DNA from: a virus
Lineage: Duplodnaviria > Caudoviricetes
Length of the DNA stretch: 63,764 nucleotides
IMG/VR virus record: IMGVR_UViG_3300025035_000020
Location: 1 to 63,764 of that record
Reading direction: 5' to 3' (one strand)
How positions within the stretch are numbered: the stretch's first letter is position 1; every line of letters starts with the position of its first letter. Under the pieces are notes generated by a model that saw nothing but the letters and a program-made list of their open reading frames with translations, was not told the origin of the DNA and made no database searches. The position numbers and the translations under genes were made by a program. Below, piece after piece: positions 1 through 7,847 of this stretch.

Positions 1-43
1 ACCCCACTCCCGCCATGGAAGCAAGAGCCCCCCCACTTCGGAT
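1..43. repeat. Terminal direct repeat / circular overlap, left copy
   Basis: accccactcccgccatggaagcaagag-C7-acttcggat matches 63721-63764 except one substitution and one extra C in the right copy. Confidence 0.9.
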
Positions 44-100
44 TCGGATCGCCCCCACCGCGAATGGGGCCCCCCGCCCCGCCGCGCCCGGTCGCGCTGG

Positions 101-168
101 CGCGCTCCCTTTCCTGTTTTTGTGCTTCACCCGATTCACTCCCGCAAACTTAAGGAATTCGCCATGTC
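101..168 (+). repeat. Early-gene leader repeat, copy 1 (includes SD and ATG)
   Basis: About 51/68 identical by manual alignment to 742-808; shared blocks cgcgctc, tttcct, tgtgcttcac, ttcact, aagga, catgtc. Confidence 0.75.
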
Positions 169-361
169 GAACGAACAGCTTCGCGATTACAAGGTTATGT
201 CCCCTGACAAGAGCTTCAACCGCGGCTACAAGGTGATGGCTGGTGTCATTGTCGGCCTCTCTGCAGCATCGGACGCGGCGAAGAGATCCGCTACGGCGAC
301 CAACTCGTTCTACGCAGGCATGAAGCACGCCATTGCCGTATCTCGGTCGGTGAAAGCGTAA
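164..361 (+). CDS. Small early protein (65 aa), paralog of 1206-1442
   Basis: TAAGGA SD before ATG164; followed by a strong terminator. Confidence 0.7.
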   Translation: MSNEQLRDYKVMSPDKSFNRGYKVMAGVIVGLSAASDAAKRSATATNSFYAGMKHAIAVSRSVKA

Positions 362-367
362 CAACGG

Positions 368-402
368 AGGAGACCGGGCGCTTCGCGCCCGGTCTCCTTT
401 TT
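368..402 (+). terminator. Rho-independent terminator
   Basis: 13-bp perfect stem aggagaccgggcg/cgcccggtctcct followed by a T run. Confidence 0.85.
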
Positions 403-442
403 GTGTGAGCAGGCTCGCTCGGGCAACAGAGGATTCGACACC

Positions 443-628
443 ATGAACGTTTCAGAAACCGGCTTCGCAACGTTGGACGTAGCACGTGGCAACGTGGACA
501 GGGGTGCGCGGTACGGCGACATCACGGCTGAAAGCTCGCGCGAGGCCATGTTTGCTCGCATCGGCGAGCTCAGCGCACAGCTTGCGGCGGCGCTGGCGTC
601 CCGGCCACAGGGCGGCGACGCTGCCTGA
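443..628 (+). CDS. Hypothetical early protein (61 aa)
   Basis: AGAGGA SD upstream of ATG443. Confidence 0.55.
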   Translation: MNVSETGFATLDVARGNVDRGARYGDITAESSREAMFARIGELSAQLAAALASRPQGGDAA

Positions 629-741
629 GCGGTCCATACGCATGCTCTTGGCTGGCTTCGGTCAGTCAAGAGCGGCGAAGCGGTCACGAGGTTCGCGTGG
701 GCGGTTCGCGCTACGTCAGCAGCAAGAATCTAAGCACGCTT

Positions 742-808
742 CGCGCTCAGTTTCCTTGTTGTGTGCTTCACTCAGTTCACTTTCTCAATCCAAGGAGCTC
801 GACATGTC
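742..808 (+). repeat. Early-gene leader repeat, copy 2
   Basis: Aligns to 101-168; 737-752 (cgcttcgcgctcagtt) recurs exactly at 1106-1121. Confidence 0.75.
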
Positions 809-1103
809 CGTATCAATGCGCAGCACGAAGAAGGCGATGTATAGCGAGATCGAAGCACTGCGGCTCGAGTGCGACAGGCTTCGGCAAGAGGCTCGGGCTC
901 AGGCGGAACGCGTGGCAACTTCGCGCGAGAAAAGCCGCGATCCCGAGGCGCTGCGCAATTCCGATTTTCGTAGCAAGCTCGCAGTAATGAAGCGCGCTGC
1001 GGCGAGCTTCCAGTGCACTACGCGGCTCAGCGCAGAGGGCGAGGTCGAGTGCTACGTGCAGTCCAACAAGACGTGGATCCCCCTCGCACAGATGCAGGGA
1101 TGA
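804..1103 (+). CDS. Hypothetical early protein (99 aa, coiled-coil N-terminus)
   Basis: AAGGAG SD before ATG804. Confidence 0.7.
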   Translation: MSVSMRSTKKAMYSEIEALRLECDRLRQEARAQAERVATSREKSRDPEALRNSDFRSKLAVMKRAAASFQCTTRLSAEGEVECYVQSNKTWIPLAQMQG

Positions 1104-1122
1104 AGCGCTTCGCGCTCAGTTA

Positions 1123-1157
1123 CCATCTCATTGGCCATTCAGCAGCCAGTGAGATGG
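1123..1157 (+). promoter_or_regulatory. 13-bp intergenic hairpin (possible RNA processing site or weak terminator)
   Basis: ccatctcattggc / gccagtgagatgg inverted repeat with one G-U pair. Confidence 0.45.
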
Positions 1158-1205
1158 CGTTTCAATCGATGATCCATTTACCTTTGACCTTTGACGGAGT
1201 ACGAG

Positions 1206-1442
1206 ATGAACACGAAGACCTACAACTTTGGCTTCAAGTGTGTAAAAGCCCTGCTTAGCGGTGGCGCAGCGGTTAAGCGCGCGGTACGGAGCACCGGAGA
1301 CGCCGCGGCATCCATGGGCAAGGGCGCGAAGCAAGCCGTGGCGCAGCACCGTGCAGACAAGTGCCGCGCAGCGAGTAACGCGGAGATCATCACCAAGGTA
1401 CGCAGCCGCAAGGCAGCGAAGAAAGCGGGGAGCGCGAAATGA
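1206..1442 (+). CDS. Small basic early protein (78 aa), paralog of 164-361
   Basis: GGAG SD; ATGA overlap with the next gene. Confidence 0.7.
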   Translation: MNTKTYNFGFKCVKALLSGGAAVKRAVRSTGDAAASMGKGAKQAVAQHRADKCRAASNAEIITKVRSRKAAKKAGSAK

Positions 1443-1735
1443 TCATCGAGTCCGGAGTAATCATCTTTCTCGGCATGTTGTTCATTGCCCTGAAACTCAA
1501 AACCAAGACTTCGCTCGTACTACTTGGACACCCTTTGGCAGTGGACCTTGGAGTAAGTGCCGTAGCTTTTGGAATGCATTACGGAACATTCAGCGGCGTC
1601 ATGGCGGCAGCCGTGGCGGGCTTAATGAGCAGTGGCTTCACGAGCATAGCCCGCTACTCAGTCGGCTATATCGAGAGTGGTGAGTACCATCCCGGCAAGA
1701 TCTGGGTGGTCGATGTAAACAAGCTTCAAGACTAA
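1439..1735 (+). CDS. Small membrane protein (98 aa)
   Basis: Two to three hydrophobic segments; ATGA coupling. Confidence 0.75.
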   Translation: MIIESGVIIFLGMLFIALKLKTKTSLVLLGHPLAVDLGVSAVAFGMHYGTFSGVMAAAVAGLMSSGFTSIARYSVGYIESGEYHPGKIWVVDVNKLQD

Positions 1736-1744
1736 AGGACAGAC

Positions 1745-1912
1745 ATGGACCTTGTACTGATTGGAGACGAAGACACGCTTGCTTGGCTCAACCATGAGAC
1801 AGCACCATCCCCGGAAGAATTTCTCATCAAGATCGAAGACGCCTTGGAGGCAGGCACGATCGACCTCGATGAAGCGATTGAGGCGATACGCACCCAGTTC
1901 ATCGGGCGCTGA
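1745..1912 (+). CDS. Acidic hypothetical protein (55 aa, MDLVLIGDEDTLAW...); not in the ORF track
   Basis: AAGGA SD, ATG1745 to TGA1912, fills the gap between neighbours. Confidence 0.65.
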   Translation: MDLVLIGDEDTLAWLNHETAPSPEEFLIKIEDALEAGTIDLDEAIEAIRTQFIGR

Positions 1913-1972
1913 AACGCAGCAAGTGGCACCGCAGCCAGACGGCCTCTGGCAAATCACTGAGGACATACAGAC

Positions 1973-2800
1973 ATGAACGATTCAACCCATACCAACTCAC
2001 TGTCAGATCTCGTTGAAGGCTTCAACAATGAGGCAAGAATTCCTGCGCTCAAGGCAATCGTGCATAGCAGCTTGGCAAGGTGCATCGGGCACATTCGTCA
2101 GCACATGCGCAATCAGGCACTGGCTGCGCGCGATGAAGACGTGCCGCAGGTGGACTTGGACGCGAGGAACTCCCATGATGAGAACTTCCGCGCTCCGAAC
2201 GACATCTCGGAGGAACTCGGATTCCAGACGCCCGTTCCGCCGATGCGACTGGCGAGCGCAATGCACGCAGTGTACGAGCTGGCCAATGCAGACCTGCAGA
2301 CGCTGGCCACAAGCAAGTGGGACAACGCACTGAGCGTGGAACAGATGCTCGAGTTCATGATTGACAAAGCGGATGTGCTTGACCCGATCACTGCTGAAGC
2401 GCTGGCGAAAGCAGTGAAGACGGACGTGAAGCACATTGAGAAGTTGCACGATCTGCAGAACCAGCGGGAACGTGAGCTCTTGAAGGAAGCGAAGCCGGAG
2501 ATTCTCGCAACATTTCATGGATTCGGCAGCAATGGATACGCTGAGGCGCTCGACGATGTCCCACGGTTTGACCAGCATCAGATGGCAGTCAAGGTCGCTG
2601 GAGCACTCGGCAAGGCCCGGGATCAGACCCTGATGCGAGTGCTGCGCAGCCGGCGGTTGTCTGATCTTGGCGCGATCCCGATCATTGAGGACGCGCTCGA
2701 GCAGACTCGGACGTGGGTGAGCAGGTTCGAGACCAAGTATGCTGACGTGCTGCAGGAAGCCGCAGACGCCGGTCGTACGGTGCACTCGCTCGAAGACTGA
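1973..2800 (+). CDS. Hypothetical protein (275 aa, helical)
   Basis: GAGGA SD, long ORF ending at a terminator. Confidence 0.8.
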   Translation: MNDSTHTNSLSDLVEGFNNEARIPALKAIVHSSLARCIGHIRQHMRNQALAARDEDVPQVDLDARNSHDENFRAPNDISEELGFQTPVPPMRLASAMHAVYELANADLQTLATSKWDNALSVEQMLEFMIDKADVLDPITAEALAKAVKTDVKHIEKLHDLQNQRERELLKEAKPEILATFHGFGSNGYAEALDDVPRFDQHQMAVKVAGALGKARDQTLMRVLRSRRLSDLGAIPIIEDALEQTRTWVSRFETKYADVLQEAADAGRTVHSLED

Positions 2801-2811
2801 TTGAAACCAGA

Positions 2812-2845
2812 GCCCCGGCTCGCGAGAGTCGGGGCCCTCTTTATG
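2812..2845 (+). terminator. Terminator at the convergence of the early unit and the RHH gene
   Basis: gccccggctc-GCGA-gagtcggggc stem with GNRA loop, then T-rich tract. Confidence 0.7.
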
Positions 2846-3077
2846 TATTCCGCAAGGACCCGCGAAACGAGGCTGCAATTTCCGGGCGCGCACGAATCTC
2901 GTCTGCGATGTGCTCGGTCACGACGCGACGAACAAGCTCTGACGCAGAGATCGCGCGAGCCTTAGCAATCAGGTGCAGATCGCGCAGCATGTCGACAGGT
3001 AGGCTCACGAGCAGTCGTGTGCTGCTGCGAGAATCGGAGTAGCTGAGCAGCCAAGCATCGGGTTTCGTGGGAGGCAT
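2841..3077 (-). CDS. Ribbon-helix-helix (CopG/Arc-like) DNA-binding protein
   Basis: TRLLVSLPVDMLRDLHLIAKARAISASELVRRVV fits the beta-alpha-alpha RHH pattern; start uncertain. Confidence 0.65.
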   Translation of the reverse strand: MPPTKPDAWLLSYSDSRSSTRLLVSLPVDMLRDLHLIAKARAISASELVRRVVTEHIADEIRARPEIAASFRGSLRNT

Positions 3078-3175
3078 GGGCAATGTCCAGAGAGGTACAG
3101 CGCATATCATACAAGATGCTTGCCAAACCACCAAACAGGGGCAAACCCCTAGCACGAGCGACCGGGGAAACCCCT

Positions 3176-3275
3176 TACTACTACTACTACTTTCTACACT
3201 CACTACTTACCTTATATCTTTATTTATTTTTTAGAGTTATCTTTTATAGATTTAATAGAAGTAATAGAAGTAAGG
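3176..3275. other. AT-rich segment, candidate replication origin
   Basis: (TAC)5, long A/T runs and a tandem aatagaagt repeat in an otherwise GC-rich genome; lies just upstream of the primase-helicase operon. Confidence 0.45.
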
Positions 3276-3340
3276 CTGTAGCTGGGTCTTGCCCTATCAC
3301 TCCGTGCAAACCTAGCGCTTCGATCATGAGCAAAACGTAC

Positions 3341-3370
3341 TTGACTACGCGTACTATACTTAAGTATTAT
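3341..3370 (+). promoter_or_regulatory. Sigma70-like promoter with overlapping palindromic operator
   Basis: TTGACT-18-TATTAT; perfect palindrome ATACTTAAGTAT at 3356-3367. Confidence 0.6.
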
Positions 3371-3405
3371 ACTGGGTACTCACCAGCCCCTGCTAGGATT
3401 TTGCT

Positions 3406-3687
3406 ATGAAACCTATCCTCCACACCCCCAGCACCTTGAACCAAGGCCTTATGAAGCGGCTACGAGCTCACTTCGAGATGAGCCAAGCCGACCTCGCCTA
3501 CCTGTCCACTGTCAGTCTCGCTACGATCTCGAAGCTCGAATCTGGGATCCTTCAGAACCCAAGGCTCCAGACACTCAACGCCATCGCCAAGGCGTTCAAC
3601 GTGAACACTTCGCAGCTTCTTAGCACTGAGACCCCCGAACCGGGCAACTTTAAGCTCGCGCACACCCTAAAAAGCGAGTGCAAATGA
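3406..3687 (+). CDS. XRE-family HTH transcriptional regulator
   Basis: LRAHFEMSQADLAYLSTVSLATISKLESG...NPRLQTLNAIAKAF is a classic Cro/C1 HTH. Confidence 0.9.
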   Translation: MKPILHTPSTLNQGLMKRLRAHFEMSQADLAYLSTVSLATISKLESGILQNPRLQTLNAIAKAFNVNTSQLLSTETPEPGNFKLAHTLKSECK

Positions 3688-6011
3688 ACGTTTTCTTCCT
3701 CTCCGCAGACAAATTCATCACCAAATCCTACGAAATCGGGCCCAAAAACGAGATCGTGAAGCACAGTTACCCCTTTGTGTACGAGGTAACCTCGCACGAA
3801 GAGAGCCCAAAATCGCTGCAGGAGCTCACAACCCACCTGCAGAAGTACGCCAAGCAGGGCTATTGCATGCTCAAGGGCAGGCTGCAGCGCCCGCTCGTCA
3901 AGGAGAGTCGGAAAGGATCGACAGACAGCGACGAGAAGACCGACTGGATCTGCCTTGACCTTGATGGGGTCGAAGGCTACCAGACCGTAGATCTCTTCCT
4001 CGAGGCCATAGGCTGCGGGGACACTGAGTACGTCGTGCAGTGGTCGAGCTCCATGGGCATTGAGAACGTCGCCGGCTTTCGCTGCCACATCTTTATGTGC
4101 TTGGACCGACCAGCACACCCGCAGCTACTCAAGTACTGGCTGCAAGACCTCAACATGCAAGTGCTGGACGCTCAACTCGAGCTGACCAAGACCGGCAACA
4201 GCTTGCGTTGGCCACTTGATATAACGACTTGCCAAAACGACAAGCTGATCTACATCGCTCCACCGCGCCTCGGACCGGGGATTAAGGACCCATTCCCGAG
4301 TAACAAGCGCATAAGCTACGTCAAGAAGAAACACCAGCTTCTGTCGCTACCGTACCCGATTCCAACCCGCGACGCTCTGCGTAGCCGCATCGACAAGAAG
4401 GTGCAAGAGCTTCGCGTAGCGAACAACCTACCGAAGCGCAAGAGCATCAAGTACAAGTTCTCGGGCACCGTCGAGTACATGGTAGGCCCTGACTCAGCCA
4501 CCATAACGGAGATGAAGACTGAGCGCGGATTTACCTACTTCAACCTCAACGGCGGTGATAGCTGGGCTTACTACCACCCTGAGGACAAGCCAGACTTCAT
4601 ATTCAACTTCAAAGGAGAACCAGCGTACAAAACCCAAGACCTTCTACCTGAGTACTGGGCTCGTCTGCAACAGACAGCGAAGTCATACCAGCCAAACTCT
4701 CATGGGCTGATCTACTTTGCTTTTCGAGACTTTCGAACCAGCAACTACTTCAATGGGTTCTATGACACCAACGCCGACAAGCTCGAGCTTGCGATGGCCA
4801 AAAGCGAATCTCAGCTTCGTCAGTTCATGCAGCAGCATGGACAGATACTTGGTGAGTTCATTCCTGACTGGAACCTCGTCTGGAACCCGCACAACCCCAA
4901 CGTCGTAGACCCAAAGAAGAGCGAGCTCAACACCTTCCAGCCGAGCCAGTACTTCCTCACCAAGAAACTGTCACGACCAGCCGCAGTACCTGCAACGATC
5001 CGCAAAGTAGTTGAACATGTGTTAGGGCATGACCCAAGCACAGTGGATCATTTCCTGAACTGGCTGGCCTGTATCGTGCAGCATCAGACCCGCACAGGCA
5101 CCGCGTGGGTCTGGCAAGGCACACAAGGAACAGGCAAAGGCGTGCTGTTCCATCAGATCATCACCCCGATCTTTGGCGAAGTGAACGTAGTCTCTAAGCG
5201 CATGGAAGAGCTCGAGTCTGAGTTCACTGGCTTCATGGAGAACAAGTTCGTTGTGTTCATCGATGAGATCGAAGCTGGCAAGAGCCTGTATCACAGCAAG
5301 ATCACCGCAAAACTGAAGAACCTGATCGTGGAACCCACTATCTCAATTCGGAGGATGTACACACCAGCATACATGGCGACGAACTACGCCTCCATGATCT
5401 TCGCAAGCAACAAGCCTGCATCCGTGGAGATCGCCCCCGACGACCGAAGATTCAATGTGGGCCCGTACCAGAGCACACCGATCCAGTTGACAGCAACCGA
5501 GATCGATGTGGATATCCCGACCGAACTTACAGACTTCTACGCCTTTCTCAAGCAGTATCCCGCAGACCCGGACAGGGCTCGCAAACCTTTGATCTCTGCT
5601 GCTCGCAGCACGCTGATCGATATCTCACGTACAGCAATAGACACTGTAAGCGACGCACTGCTGCGTGGCGATTTGGAGTTTCTGTGGGAACACTTGAGTA
5701 CCGCCAAGGGGCAAAGCCTGAACCCACTCCAGAACATGAAGTACATACCGTTTCGCGAGCTGGTCGTAGAACTGATCAACACGCAGGACACTAAGCTGAC
5801 TCGAGACGATATCTACACGATCATGGAGTGGTGTGTAGGCGGAATGCCGCAGAGCCCGCATAAGTTCACGGCCTTGCTGAAGCACCACCGCATCCATCTC
5901 ACGCAGATTTGGAAGAACAACCGCAACGTGCGTGGCATCGATGTTCCGTGGCAGCCTGACCCCGATTGGCTTACCCAAGCGCGAACAGAAATCAAGAATG
6001 GAGACGTGTGA
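3684..6011 (+). CDS. Primase-polymerase (AEP-like) fused to SF3 helicase
   Basis: N-terminal CLDLD and GFRCH motifs; Walker A GTQGTGKG, Walker B FIDE, motif C ASN, DDRRF. Confidence 0.85.
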   Translation: MNVFFLSADKFITKSYEIGPKNEIVKHSYPFVYEVTSHEESPKSLQELTTHLQKYAKQGYCMLKGRLQRPLVKESRKGSTDSDEKTDWICLDLDGVEGYQTVDLFLEAIGCGDTEYVVQWSSSMGIENVAGFRCHIFMCLDRPAHPQLLKYWLQDLNMQVLDAQLELTKTGNSLRWPLDITTCQNDKLIYIAPPRLGPGIKDPFPSNKRISYVKKKHQLLSLPYPIPTRDALRSRIDKKVQELRVANNLPKRKSIKYKFSGTVEYMVGPDSATITEMKTERGFTYFNLNGGDSWAYYHPEDKPDFIFNFKGEPAYKTQDLLPEYWARLQQTAKSYQPNSHGLIYFAFRDFRTSNYFNGFYDTNADKLELAMAKSESQLRQFMQQHGQILGEFIPDWNLVWNPHNPNVVDPKKSELNTFQPSQYFLTKKLSRPAAVPATIRKVVEHVLGHDPSTVDHFLNWLACIVQHQTRTGTAWVWQGTQGTGKGVLFHQIITPIFGEVNVVSKRMEELESEFTGFMENKFVVFIDEIEAGKSLYHSKITAKLKNLIVEPTISIRRMYTPAYMATNYASMIFASNKPASVEIAPDDRRFNVGPYQSTPIQLTATEIDVDIPTELTDFYAFLKQYPADPDRARKPLISAARSTLIDISRTAIDTVSDALLRGDLEFLWEHLSTAKGQSLNPLQNMKYIPFRELVVELINTQDTKLTRDDIYTIMEWCVGGMPQSPHKFTALLKHHRIHLTQIWKNNRNVRGIDVPWQPDPDWLTQARTEIKNGDV

Positions 6012-6286
6012 TGCAGGTCGACTACACCGAGCTTACTCAAGCCCAACGGCGCGAAGTTCGTTTGCAGTATGTGGCGTTGCAGAAAGGCAAATGCTTTTAC
6101 TGCACGAAGCCACTCGACGGAAGACCCTCAAACGAAGTTCTCACTATGCGGATATCTCTGGAGCTTTTTCCTACTGGGTTTTTCAAGCACCCTGTACACC
6201 TGCACCACGATCATGTCACTGGGCTCACGATTGGGGCAGTCCATGCATTGTGTAATGCCGTGCTGTGGCAATACCATGGCGAGTGA
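6011..6286 (+). CDS. Endonuclease VII-like / HNH protein
   Basis: QKGKCFYC...HLHHDHVTG...HALCN signature. Confidence 0.75.
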   Translation: MQVDYTELTQAQRREVRLQYVALQKGKCFYCTKPLDGRPSNEVLTMRISLELFPTGFFKHPVHLHHDHVTGLTIGAVHALCNAVLWQYHGE

Positions 6287-6506
6287 GCGAAACAATGACA
6301 GACACAGCCGCGAAGTTCGTTTGCCGTATGTGACGAAGCTGTCGAATCCGGCGCTCGTCCGGACAATTCGTCAGCTTATGGTGGCGCATGCAGCATGGCG
6401 ACTCACTCACATGGACGAAGACCCACTAACTGCTTTACTGCTCCATTCAGCGCTAGAAGAAGCGGCCAAACGGAACATAACCATTCAGCATCCGGAGAAG
6501 CTATGA
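6276..6506 (+). CDS. Hypothetical protein
   Basis: Fits operon packing with overlaps at both ends; start uncertain. Confidence 0.5.
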   Translation: MASERNNDRHSREVRLPYVTKLSNPALVRTIRQLMVAHAAWRLTHMDEDPLTALLLHSALEEAAKRNITIQHPEKL

Positions 6507-6829
6507 ACGCCGAACACCCCAAAGCCATCTACGCACGTCAAATGAGCGCCAAACGCTCTCTTGAGAGGTCCATGCTCAACGTTGCAAAGACTGCGTACGA
6601 CATCCGTTTCTTGACCGTCGGCAACTACACGATTTGCTACCGCAAAAAAGAGCACGACGTGATTGAACTGAGTACTACGCTCCGGAATCCGAGTGACCGA
6701 TTTGATCGGCACGTAGGGCAGTTGGTTGCTTTTGACAGATTTACAGACAACAAACGCATTCAGCTCAAAAAGAGTCGGAAGCACACGATCAAGAAGTTCC
6801 TCGAAACCCTTTTCTCAACCGCCCAATGA
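6503..6829 (+). CDS. Hypothetical basic protein (108 aa)
   Basis: GGAG SD, ATGA overlap. Confidence 0.7.
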   Translation: MNAEHPKAIYARQMSAKRSLERSMLNVAKTAYDIRFLTVGNYTICYRKKEHDVIELSTTLRNPSDRFDRHVGQLVAFDRFTDNKRIQLKKSRKHTIKKFLETLFSTAQ

Positions 6830-6844
6830 AGGAGGCTTAGTGCC

Positions 6845-7102
6845 ATGTCCGATCAAGAAAACCTGCGAGGCAATGTCGAAGACCATATTGCGGAGATGCT
6901 GAGCCACGATCAAAGCAAGTTGGAATTTGCCTTTATGTTTACTGGCTACACTACCGACAGCGGTGATATCGAGTCCCGCTTGACCGTCGGCAGTACGTCC
7001 AATGGAGCATCCCTTCTGTACGCGGTAATGAAAGAACACCCCGATTTCTTGGCAAGCATGTTTAGCGGATTCCACGACCCCGACGAAAAAGAGGAAGACT
7101 GA
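6845..7102 (+). CDS. Tandem-duplicated small acidic protein, copy A (85 aa)
   Basis: AAGGAGG SD; paralog of 7105-7362. Confidence 0.8.
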   Translation: MSDQENLRGNVEDHIAEMLSHDQSKLEFAFMFTGYTTDSGDIESRLTVGSTSNGASLLYAVMKEHPDFLASMFSGFHDPDEKEED

Positions 7103-7104
7103 CT

Positions 7105-7362
7105 ATGTCCGATCAAGAAAACCTGCGAGGCAATGTCGAAGACCATATTGCGGAGATGCTGAGCCACGATCAAAGCAAGTTGGGATTTGCCTTTATGTTT
7201 ACTGGCTATATCACCGACAGTGGCGACCTCGAGTCCCGCATGACCGCCGGCATTACATCCAGTGGAGCACCCCTTCTGCATGCGACGCTGAAAGGAAACC
7301 CCGACATTCTGTCGGACGTGATCCGCAGATTATACAACGTCAGCAAAAAAGAGGAAGACTGA
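7105..7362 (+). CDS. Tandem-duplicated small acidic protein, copy B (85 aa)
   Basis: Same N-terminus and length as copy A, diverged C-terminal half. Confidence 0.8.
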   Translation: MSDQENLRGNVEDHIAEMLSHDQSKLGFAFMFTGYITDSGDLESRMTAGITSSGAPLLHATLKGNPDILSDVIRRLYNVSKKEED

Positions 7363-7364
7363 CT

Positions 7365-7613
7365 ATGTCCGAGCACGACAACGAAGAAAACTTCAGCAGG
7401 TGCTTTGAGAAACTTGCTGAGCAACTGAAAAGCATCAATACAAAAAGCGTCCGCGGCTTGCTGCTTGTCACTGCGACTACCACAGAAGACGAGGACGAGT
7501 TGAAACTTACCACTGTCGCTTTCGGCACTCGGGGCGTGGTGATGGGGATGGCCGATTCGATTAGCGAAACCATCAACAATGAGCCCGATACCGCAGAAGG
7601 AGTCTTGCACTAA
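7365..7613 (+). CDS. Small acidic protein (82 aa), possible distant paralog of the pair
   Basis: Same initiation context; LAEQL/IAEML and TATTTEDED/TGYTTDSGD similarity. Confidence 0.7.
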   Translation: MSEHDNEENFSRCFEKLAEQLKSINTKSVRGLLLVTATTTEDEDELKLTTVAFGTRGVVMGMADSISETINNEPDTAEGVLH

Positions 7614-7795
7614 TGAGCTTGCGCCTGTTCCAAATCACCGACATCGCTTCAAAGTCAAAGAGCGCTGTCTCTAACACGTACTACAGCAGCAAGAAAACGG
7701 CCAAACTTGAGCGTCAGCGGCTCAACGATCTCAGCGGGCAGCAGCTGCGCTATGTCGTTTCCCCCGGCCCAGATCACCACAAATACAAGAAGTGA
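7613..7795 (+). CDS. Hypothetical basic protein (60 aa)
   Basis: TAATG coupling, AGGAG SD. Confidence 0.65.
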   Translation: MSLRLFQITDIASKSKSAVSNTYYSSKKTAKLERQRLNDLSGQQLRYVVSPGPDHHKYKK

Positions 7796-7847
7796 CGCCA
7801 ACAATCAGCACCCTCAACCAAGCTTCAACACGCATGGAGAATGTGAA

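Larger units (their letters stand above)
6845..7372 (+). repeat. 260-bp tandem duplication
   Basis: 6845-6948 vs 7105-7208 identical at 103/104; 27-nt junction aaaaagaggaagactgactatgtccga at 7086-7112 and 7346-7372. Confidence 0.95.

Noticed and set aside
486-803. N-terminal extension of the 205-aa ORF
   Set aside because: Strong SD and the repeated leader point to ATG804; the extension overlaps another gene and non-coding repeat.
3083-3409. 108-aa ORF with YYYYY and hydrophobic run
   Set aside because: Translation of the AT-rich intergenic/ori-like tract; no SD, and it overlaps the promoter region.
6845-7372. Diversity-generating retroelement TR/VR pair
   Set aside because: Differences are not adenine-specific, both copies are intact ORFs, and no reverse transcriptase is present.
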